Assembly: GCA_013239625.1 (NCBI GenBank)
Contig: MU056925.1
Coordinates: 3,324,031 to 3,388,030 of the forward strand
DNA: 64,000 nucleotides
Origin: Lama guanicoe
Taxonomy: Eukaryota
Direction: 5' to 3'
Shown: positions 55,201 to 64,000 of the stretch, in pieces
Numbering within the stretch: the first letter of the stretch is position 1
Layout of the letters: every line of letters begins with the position of its first letter
Position numbers and translations under genes: made by a program
Notes under the pieces: model-generated
What the model was told of the DNA's origin: nothing
Databases searched by the model: none
The model's input: the letters and a program-made list of their open reading frames with translations, nothing else

Positions 55201-55334
55201 GAGAAAACAAGTCGGCTAAGAGAGTCTTTAAGTTACTTGAGAGATTAACTCTTTCAGACATGATTTTGCCTCCCCCCTTTTATTGCTTATTGCCATAAAG
55301 AATAAGCAGCAAGCCGTTGAAGTTAAGGTGAGTC

Positions 55335-55444
55335 GGGGAGAGGGTCATCGCTCAGAGGTAGAGCGTGTGCTTGGCGTGCACAACGTCCTGGGTTCTACCC
55401 CAGCACGTCCATAAAATAAAGTGAAGTAAAAAAAATTAAAGCAA
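55335..55444 (+). mobile_element. Vic-1-type SINE (diverged), short form
   Basis: gctcagaggtagagcgtgtgcttggcgtgcac...ctgggttctaccccagcacgtcca plus A-rich tail; TSD aaRgtgagtc at 55325-55334 and 55445-55454. Confidence 0.85.
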
Positions 55445-56399
55445 AAAGTGAGTCACAGTATTGACTTCCTAGCTTTGAAATCCTCCCTAGCAAGTGTTTT
55501 CCTGCCAAGACAAGAGCAGTAAGTGCAGGTACCAAGGGCATTTAAAATAACCCAAGCATACAGTAATAACTAATTATAAGATTTTTTAAAAAAGAAGAAG
55601 AAATACAGGGCCCAAGATTTCCTAACCTCTCTCAAACGAAGAACTGAAAACTGATTTCCACTCAGATAAAGCCCCAGTTGACTGTGAACACAGAAAGGAG
55701 AACAGAATGTAGGCGACACTGCCTTGCATCACGCGGTGGGAAGGTTTACCGCCCAACCCTTCCAACCCTTTCAGCTACAGAATGTAAGTAGCCACTGAAG
55801 ACCTGACACACTGAAGGATGGGGCGGGCGTGCTTGTCCTTTTGGGGCTGCCAGAAATGAGTCACCGTCTGAGTAAGAACAGGCAGGGTGTCCTGAGCGAG
55901 ACCACTGTCAGAGGGCCTGGCTTCTGGTCACAGCCCTGATCTCAGGCAATGCCCCAGGATGGCGGTGGGGTTACGGGCTGGAGTGAGGAGGCAGGGCCAC
56001 TAGCAGCCCCCTCACCCTAAGTCCATTCTGCTCCTTCTCCTCATCAACACAACTCCCACTTTTCCTGGGATGGCAATGAGCCCAGCTGAACAATGCCATT
56101 TCCCACCCTTCCGTGAAGCCAAGTGTGGCCCATGAGACATAACCAGGGTTAATGTGTTTACAGAAGTCACAGGGCTTAAGATGACCCACTCATCACTCAG
56201 ACTTTCCTAATTTCAGCCCTGACAGCCCTGCAGCCTGGGAGGCTCCTCAGCCAGGGACAAACAGGGGTGGCTGGAAGAAGGTTCTTTGAAAGGGGCAGAC
56301 GCAGCTGGCAAATGCCAGTCCCCGTCTACCGGTCCCCTCCTTCATGGGGTGTGAGCTCCATACTAGAGGGGACAATGGAGCAACAAACACGAAGACAAG

Positions 56400-56985
56400 G
56401 GCCACCAAGGTATCTGAACAGAAAGAACTTGACAGGAAGGCCTACCAGGTAAAACGCTGTTAGCTAGGCAACTCAAAGTGTAAACAGTGAACTCTCTCTT
56501 GGAGGCAGTGACTAAATGAAGTGGATAATTTGGTGGTGGTGGGCACAGGAGGGGCAGGGAAGCAAAGAGGTTAGAATTATGGAAATTCAGGAACTTCATG
56601 GAGCTGAAACTCCAGCTCTTGAGTTTGGGCGGGCTGTGCTGCTGGTGGTTCTGAGGGGTCCCAGTGAGGGTTTTTGTAAGCACTAGGAAAAGAGCAGACA
56701 CGAAGCTGCTGCTACCCAAAGGAACGGAAGACGCAGGGCTAGAGAAGCTTTGCCAGAGTGGAGCTCACAGGAATAAGAAGCAGGAGGAGACCCAAAAGGG
56801 GAGAAACCCTTCCTTCCTTCCTCTTCAAGCCTTGCGGGCTTAGTCTAGCGCCACCTATTGGAAGATCCTGCGAGGGAGCCACTGTGCTGAACAGAAGCGT
56901 AGGGTGCAGGTCTCAGACGCAATGCCACAAAGAAAAGTATAGGATGGGTCTGGGGCCGAAAAGCCATAACTTAATAACTAGCACA
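56400..56985 (-). mobile_element. ERVL LTR41-like solo LTR
   Basis: Minus strand starts TGTGCTAGTTATTAAGTTATGGCTTTTCGGCCCCAGACCCATCCTATAC... and contains CCAATAGGTGGCGCTAG, matching the recalled LTR41 5' end. Left boundary approximate. Confidence 0.72.
56846..56863 (-). promoter_or_regulatory. CTCF motif within the LTR41-like element
   Basis: TTCCAATAGGTGGCGCTA versus consensus core CCASYAGRKGGCRS. Confidence 0.65.
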
Positions 56986-56999
56986 CTTTCCACAGTCAC

Positions 57000-58420
57000 A
57001 TCACTTTCCCTTTCCCCTGGAGGAAACCACGACCCCAACTTTCATGTTGTTTTCTTGCTTTTATCACAGATGCAGGCAACCCTGAATAGCATGGTTTGAC
57101 TTTACCTGTTCTTAAACATTTTATGATTGGAATTATACTGCATCTGGTCTACCGTGTCTGGCGTCTTACATTCAAATTGTCTGGAGAGGCACCCATATTT
57201 TGCTGGCGGTGGTAGTTTGTTCATTTCCAGTGCTTTACAGTATTCCACTGGACGAATAGGCCACACTTTCTCCATTTGACTGTCGATGGGTGATTTTAGC
57301 AACGACTCTAACAACAGTTTCCGCACGCGTATCCTGGAGCACATGAGCGCGCGTTTCTGCAGGTGGTTCTCAAAGTGTGGTCCCCAGGTCAGCAGTGCAG
57401 CAGCATCACCTGGGAGGGAACCAGTTAGGCATGCAGACTCCTGGGTCCCACCCAAGACCAAGTGACTCAAATTCTGGCGGTGGGGGCCCTCCGGGAGATT
57501 CTGATGTCTGCTCGAGTTTGTTCTGTTCTAGGTTCTACATCCAGAAGTAGATGTGTGAGTCACAGCATGTGCAAAGGTCACATTTTCTAAATAACGTCAA
57601 ATTATTTTCCAAAGTCACTGCACCAGTCTACACGCCCACCTGCAGTGTACTGGAGTTCCCACTGCTCCACGTCTTTGCCCTTGCTTGGCTTGGTCAGACT
57701 TCACAGCTTTTGCCGGTCTGGAAGGCAAGGGGGTATCTCATAGTTTTAACAGGTACTGGCATCATTTCCAATGAGGCTGAACACCTTTCTCAAATGCTTC
57801 TTGGCCCTTGGGTTGCCTTGTGGGAAGTGCCTGTCCCAGTCTTTTGCCTCTTTTCTCCCCCACTGGATTGTCTGCTTTTTTCTCATCAGCTTGAAGTTCT
57901 TTAGATATTTGGAAAACCGGTCTTTCTTGGTTATATTTGTTGCAGGTTATCGTCCACCACTCTGAGACCTGCCTTCTTGCTTCCATTTTCTCTCTTGTTG
58001 TACTTTGATGAACAACGTCTTGATTTTAATTTAGTCAAATTTATCACTATTTTCATTTAAGATGAATGTTTTTAATGACTTAACGAATCATTCCCTGCCC
58101 CAAAGACATGAAGACAGCTTCCTAGAACATCTTTTTAAATCTTTGTGGCTTTGCCTTTCCCGTTTCTTTAAGGCACCTGGGATTGACTTTTGCATACAGT
58201 GTGAGGTAGGGGTTCCATTTCTTTCTTTCTTTCTTCCCATGTGAATACTTCATTCTCTTAGCAACACTGGAAACTATGTCTTTCCCCCGCAGCACTGCGG
58301 TGCCACTTCTGTCATCAGTTAGGTGTTGGGGTGCACATGGACCTGTGCCCGCCCTCTCTGCTGTGTCACTGGCGTGTCTGTGCGCACCGGAATCAACGCC
58401 GTGCTGCACGGGGTGCCTGA
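57000..58420 (-). mobile_element. Ancient L1M (L1ME-like) 3' region, interrupted by MER5A
   Basis: ggtagtttgttcatttccagtgctttacagtattccactg...attattttccaaagtcactgcaccagtctacacgcccacc...ttttaatttagtcaaatttatca. Confidence 0.82.
57360..57520 (+). mobile_element. MER5A hAT-Charlie MITE nested in L1
   Basis: gtggttctcaaagtgtggtcccc...gcagcatcacctgggag...atgcagactcctgggtcccaccc...gattctgatg. Confidence 0.85.
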
Positions 58421-58709
58421 CTGCCTCCTCCTGCCACTCACGGCAGAAGGGGCCTCCTTCTCACAGGAGCTGGATGCCCTCAAGCCGAGCTTTCTCTTGG
58501 CCCAGTTTCATTACGGTCAAGGTGAGGTCACAGGACTGTCTGTAGTTTTGCTTTCTCATGTGTTTCCTGGGTGTTTCATGCCCTCTCTCCACACATCATC
58601 CGTGCCTGCTGACATCCTCCCTTCCTCTGAGGCCCCCACCAGGCTGACAATGCTGACCACCTGCGGCCAGAAGCGACATCTTCCTGCTCAGACACCCTTG
58701 TAGGAAGGG

Positions 58710-59050
58710 TGACTGAGCTTGCTGGGGCCGCCGTAACAAAGTACCACAAACGGAGTGGCTTAAACCACAGAAACATACTGTCCTGCCGCTCTGGGTCCAG
58801 AAATCTGAGATCAAGGTGTCTGCGGGGCCATGCGCCCTCTGAGGGCCCTGGGGAAGGATCTGTACCAGGCCTCCCCCCAGCGCCCTCTTTATATAAGCAC
58901 ACTGGTCTTACTGGATTTGCCCCCACCCTGGTGTGATTTCATTTCAACTAATCACATCAACAACAGTCCTACTTCCAAAGGCCCCACTTGAGCTACCAGG
59001 GGCAGGGATTCAACACAGAATTCCGCAGGGACACAGCTCCACTCACGACA
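58710..59050 (-). mobile_element. MaLR solo LTR (MLT1B/C-like)
   Basis: gccgtaacaaagtaccacaaacggagtggcttaaac...tctgagatcaaggtgtctgcggggccatg...gggacacagctccactcacgaca. Confidence 0.85.
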
Positions 59051-59234
59051 ATAACCATATGACCGATCACCTGAAACTCGAGTTTTCAATTCTGAGAGTA
59101 AACTAGGGCACTCACGACAGCCACACCAGGACCACAGGTACAAACCGTGAGGGCTCTGGGCTGCCCTGTAAAGGGGGAGGCCAGGGGACCCTATCGTGCA
59201 ACCACTCAGCATCAGCACCGGCTCCCTTAGACGC

Positions 59235-59770
59235 CCTTGTCTGCAAAGAACAGAAAACCCAACGCAACGTGGCTTCAGCTTGGGGGGGATTTAGGAGCTT
59301 ACACAGAACTCAGGAGAAAGGGCAGTCCTCGGATGATGGATGCGGGGACTCAGTGATGCCATCAAGGACTCAGTTCCTGTCCCCTTGTGGCTCCTTGTCC
59401 TTGATCTGTCAAATCCCATGAGTTCCAGGTGGCTGCAGGGGTCTTAGGGCCCCCTCCCCATCTTCCCAAACCAGGTGCTGGAGACCACTTTTGCTTCATG
59501 CATCTCCTTTTTAGGAACAAAGACACTTTTCTCAGGACCTCCCCACTCCAGCCCACTTCCTCTCACGTCTCCTTGGCCAAAATTACACCACGTGCTCAAG
59601 TCCCAAGCACTTCCCAGCAAAAGGTTTATTAAGACCAACTGCATTTCTTAGCCCCATCATGATTCTGTCTCAGGAGCTGGGTCCCACCTCTCCTGAAGCT
59701 GATGGTAAGATGGTGTCGGGGAAAAAGAGAGGCGTGGGGAGGGGCAGCTAGGCAGGCACTAAAACGCATC
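59235..59770 (-). mobile_element. MaLR LTR (MLT1K/L-like)
   Basis: tgcaaagaacagaaaacccaacgcaacgtggctt...ctcagtgatgccatcaaggactcagtt...cttcctctcacgtctccttggccaaaatt. Confidence 0.7.
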
Positions 59771-60317
59771 TGCTGCAAGAGGACCAGGAAGGGCGCTCTG
59801 GAGACCAGGAGCACACCAGGCACAGGCAGAGGAGGTGTTCATGGCCGGTGCGGGGGCGGAGACTAGGAACCACGGATCCTGAAGGTGCCATTCCCTCTAG
59901 CACATTCATTAAATGCAATGTCTGGGGATGCTGGCAGCAGTCCCCACGTCTCACGAGGCAGACAGTGTGACCACTGAGAAGGTCAAAGAGGCTCGCTGCT
60001 TGCTCTGGTCCGAGATCGCTTCGCACTGGTCTGCTCTGCCGCGCAGCACCACTGAAGAGGCCCAGCGAGGAAAGGCAATCATCACAACGTCTGTTACCAG
60101 GCAACAAGCTGGCTCAGCAAGGATTAAGTAAGAGAATGATCTTCAATGGACCACAAAAGCCAATCGTCAGAAAAAGGCAGCACACAGGAGAGAAAGAATA
60201 TTAGAAGGTTATCCCAGTTTCTGCTAAATTTCGTTGAAAAAGACCCCTACACACCACAGTGCAACATACATTCATTGCAGAGAATTAGGAAAATGTGCCT
60301 CAGAAGGAAGCTAATCA

Positions 60318-60463
60318 GGAGGAGGGTCCAGCTCAGTGGCAGAGCACATGCTTAGCATGTGTGAGGTCCTGGGTTCGACCCCCAGAACAGCCATTAAAAT
60401 AATAATAGTAGAAAATAAACCTAGTTACCCCCCCTCCCCCGATAAAAAAACAAACAAAAAAAT
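60318..60463 (+). mobile_element. Vic-1-type SINE, long-tail form
   Basis: cagctcagtggcagagcacatgcttagcatgtgtgaggtcctgggttcgacccccag...aaacctagttacccccc plus A-rich tail. Confidence 0.88.
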
Positions 60464-60742
60464 AAGGAGATACCATTTAAAAACTACGGGGTAGGAGGAA
60501 TATCTCTTTGTTGGTGGAACCTCGTGTTCAATTTGTGCTGCAAACCATAAAGCAAAACACAAAACCTTCCGATTATTAATGGCTTTTCTTTTTTTTTAAC
60601 GATCAGCCATCGAGGGCCTGAGCCCTTCCTGGCGTAACCATGAGCGGATCGGCCGTACCCTCAATGTCCTACCTTCCCTGGTGTGACAAACCCTCAGGAA
60701 GCCCTGCAGCACCATTATCATCACCTCCCCTATTAGAGGGTC

Positions 60743-60992
60743 GTTTTAAAAAAATATCTTTTTTATTGAAGGATAGTCAGCTTACAACGTCGTGTCATTT
60801 TCTGGTGTACAGCACAAGGCTTCAGTCATACATGAACATACATATGTTTGTTTTCATGCGTTTTCACCGTAAGCTGCTCCAAGATATTGAATACAGTTCC
60901 CTGTGCTGTACAGTATAAACTTGTTTATCTATTTTATATACTCCAGTCAGTATCCGCAAATCTCGAACTCCCAATTTATCCCTTCCTCTTCA
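60743..60992 (-). mobile_element. 5'-truncated younger L1 3' end with 11-bp TSD
   Basis: ttttttattgaaggatagtcagcttacaa...aagatattgaatacagttccctgtgctgtacagta...; TSD attagagggtc at 60732-60742 and 60993-61003. Confidence 0.88.
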
Positions 60993-61359
60993 ATTAGAGG
61001 GTCTCTTTTGTAATTAAAAAAAAATCTCACAACAGCGATGCTCCCAGAGCACTTTTTACCAGTCACAATGTGCCCCCGCACTAGGTGATTATGGCTCACG
61101 CCAGCCTAGACCACCCACACACCCCCGAAGATGAATTCTAGTCGTTTGGCTCAGTTAACCTCTAAGGAAGGAGCAGCTGCAGCTGGTCGCAAACCGACGC
61201 ATCCCTGTTCCTCAGGTTTCTTCACGAGAAGGGCGTCTACTCTCTTGAGTTGAGGCACTGCCTCGATCATGTGCCGTGGGGCTGTGTCCCCGTGTCCCCT
61301 GTGCGGCACCTGGGAAACCATCCCTGCCACCGTGCTCTCTTCTGTCACTCAAGGGGCCA

Positions 61360-61620
61360 AGTTCAGGGCAACGAGCGTGGGCTCTGGAGCAAGACAGACC
61401 TGGGCTTAAACCCCAGGTCTACGCGAAGTGGCCTGTCCTCAGACTGGACCGGGCTCGCCGCGGGTCCCCGGGAGCCTCGGTGTTCTCACCTGTCAGGTGG
61501 GAAAATGACCCCCACTGGGCAGAACCCGGGACTCAGCAGGGGCTCAGTGAAGGACAAGGACTGCCGACAGGAGGCCTCTGTGCTTAGCACCCAAGGCCTC
61601 GCTCCAGGTGAGACTAGACC
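61360..61620 (+). mobile_element. MIR SINE, GC-shifted
   Basis: gagcgtgggctctggagcaagacagacctgggcttaaacccc...gagcctcggtgttctcacctgtcaggtggg. Confidence 0.75.
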
Positions 61621-63429
61621 ACAGAGGGAAGATGCCTGCTGGGCAGGCCCAGGTCTGTACTCTGAGTCACGCCTCTGCCTGGCCAGCCACGGATGAAGCT
61701 TTTTCAGTGAACTGCTGCCTCTTTCTTCATCCAGTTTTCCAAGCGAATGCTCTGTGCTGGCTTGGATGGACTTCTGCCCGCAAACCTAAGTAGATGAAAT
61801 GCCAGTGCTCTTTGAGCCAACATTTTCCCCTTTCCTTCAAAATTAAATTTTAATGAAAACAAACGTGTTTGCACTCGGAGGCGTAAACACCTAGGACTGT
61901 TACTCCTGCCTGATAAGGAGCCACGGCATCTGGATAAAAAGGCCATTTCTCTGCAGCAGGAAAAGCCAGACATGGGCCTAGAGATAAGATGCCTGGTCCC
62001 CGGGGAGACAGGACTTGCTGGGGAAAATGCCCGCCTGGTGTTCTGGCCTGTGCCTCCTGTTTAACAAGAGAAAGCAGACTTCCTATGGATAGACGGATGG
62101 ATAACGCTGCATCGGTTACTGGTTAATGCAGAGCAGCAACGCCGGAAAAGAGCAGACAAAGGAGCTGGGATTTGAGGTTGCACCTTGGAGAAAGAGAGGA
62201 GGTGGGAGCTTTGGTTTTTTCCTTCCTATCCTCCTAGTATGTGTCTACTTTAAAAACAAATCATTTAATTGGGTCCTGTCGGTTTCTAAAATAAAACCAG
62301 GCAGGGTCTGCGTGCAGGCGGGACCCCTTGTTGGCCGCCCTGCCTCTGGTCCAGACCCCACACCAGGCAGCTCCCAGCTGTGTGAGTCTGGGAGGCCCAG
62401 GGCCTTCTCAGTGCTCCGCTGGCAGCAGGGCTGGGGGACGCCCTTTGCTCTGGAAAGCTCTTCCTGCTTAGAAAGAGGTTTGCTTTACTCCTTTTTTGGT
62501 CTTGAAGCACCAAAGGGAGTGGTTAATAGGGAGTCACCTCGAGTTTTCAACAGAGTTGCAGCGTGGGCTCCAGGCTGCTGGGCCTTTGTTTGCAGAAAAC
62601 GGGCTGGGGGTCCCATGTGGGCAGCTGCCCCCTTTCGTCTTGGCTGGGCCAGCCTCCCGGACAGATTTGGCCCTGCAGCCGGGCAGCGCAGGGTGCATCA
62701 GGCTCCCCTCTCGGCAGCCTGCCCATCAGCTGGGCACCGGGGGCCACAGAACGCTGGGGCCCAGAGGCCTGGTTCTCTCTTATGAAATCCCGCAGAGCAA
62801 AGCGCAAGGGCAGGGCCAGCGATGTGCAGACCCCCAGAAGCGGGGTGGAAGCAGGGCTCCTCCACCAAAGGAGCATGGCCGCCAGGCTGGTGTGCCCGGG
62901 AGACAGGCGCAGACCTGGGGACGGGGACACAGCCATGAGCCAGGCTTGGCTGAGCCCTGGGCAGGCCAAGCGCGGCTCCTGTGACTGCACAGGAGCGAGG
63001 CGGGCTTGGGTAGTGAGAGGCAGGTGACGAGGCACAGCTAAACAGGAAGGAGAGCGAGCCAGTCTGCCAGGCCTGGAAACCATGCCCACACGGATCCCAC
63101 GTCGGCTGGATGGTTCCTGGGGCTGCATTTGTCCCCGAGGTTGAATGGGGGGTAATCGGAAGGTTGTCCTGGGGGTTCCCTTCCCCAGGCCCTAAGCTCC
63201 GTCCTTTCATGCATCTGATGACTGCTGAGTGCCCATCAGGGTGGGAGCATCCGTGCAAATTCAAGCCAGGAGCGTGGCAGCATCCGTGGAGGCCGAGTTG
63301 GGCCCTGAGTGTGTCTGGGGCGCAGCGCAGAGGGGACATGATGACACAGCTAATGGCGATCTCATCGGAGCTCTGAAGTGTTAGATGACACGTTTTCAGA
63401 GGTGACAGAGCAGCGGTCAGTGAGGGGAG

Positions 63430-63759
63430 TGCCTTGGTCAGCTCAGCTGCTGTAACAAAGATACCACAGACAGGGCAGCTTAGGCAACAGACGTTTATTT
63501 GTCACAGTCTGGAGGCCGGGAAGCCCGAATTCAAGGTGCCGGCTGATCAGACATCTGGCATGGGCTGGCTTCCCGGTCTGCAGACAGCTGCCTTCCTGCG
63601 CTGTCCTCACGTGGCGGGGGTGGGGGATGCTCCTGTGTTTCTGCATACAAGGGCACCAATCTCATCCATGAGGGCCCCACCCTCACAGCCTGCTGCTCGC
63701 AAAGGCCCCAACTCCTGATACAATCACATGGGGGACACACAGACGTGCAGTCCACAGCA
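63430..63759 (-). mobile_element. MaLR solo LTR (MLT1A-like)
   Basis: gctgctgtaacaaagataccacagac...tctggaggccgggaagccc...aagggcaccaatctcatccatgagggccccaccctca...cagtccacagca. Confidence 0.88.
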
Positions 63760-63873
63760 GGGGGGGAAGGCCGCCTGGCGTGAGACCTGGCCACGTGCCT
63801 CGTAAGCCATGTGAACTCGTGCAACTGACAGGGCCTCTCTCTACTTCAGTGTCCTTGTCTGCAAAGTGGGGGG

Positions 63874-64000
63874 TGATTATGGCTGAACTGCACCCCCTCC
63901 AAATTCATCTGTGGATGCCTGAACCACTGGTCCCTCGGAGTGTGACCCTATTTGGAGATGCGGCCTTTACAGAGGTGAGTAAGGTAAAGTGAAGTCACAA
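63874..64000 (+). mobile_element. MaLR LTR 5' part (MLT1B/C-like), truncated by the window edge
   Basis: tatggctgaactgcaccccctccaaattcatctgtggatgcc...gtgtgaccctatttggagatgcggcctttacagaggtg. Confidence 0.8.

Overview
GC- and CpG-rich mammalian genomic DNA, very probably camelid: it carries seven tRNA-Ala-derived Vic-1-type SINEs and I saw no Alu, Bov-tA, CHR, PRE-1 or Can-SINE. The window holds the 5' part of FOXK1 on the minus strand. Exon 2 is intact (3300-3485, 186 nt, canonical AG/GT) and intron 1 is about 38.8 kb. Exon 1 lies in a CpG island that is almost entirely N-gapped; only a 51-nt in-frame fragment (EALVGAAAASVRRSPG) is readable. About 21 kb of repeat-rich upstream DNA follows. Nearly all listed ORFs are GC-rich or repeat-derived noise. 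I found no evidence of a new multi-gene system, CRISPR array or RNA gene. The most interesting signals are: (i) strong, patchy AT-to-GC drift in ancient repeats, which also seems to have reached conserved FOXK1 codons; (ii) an LTR41-borne CTCF motif pointing into the gene; (iii) AT-rich, motif-dense intronic islands, including a SOX-OCT composite; (iv) a degenerate repeat array at the start of intron 1; (v) a near-perfect 163/166-bp tandem duplication; and (vi) long- versus short-tail SINE forms. Repeat subfamily names and human protein comparisons come from recall, not from a database search; repeat boundaries are approximate.
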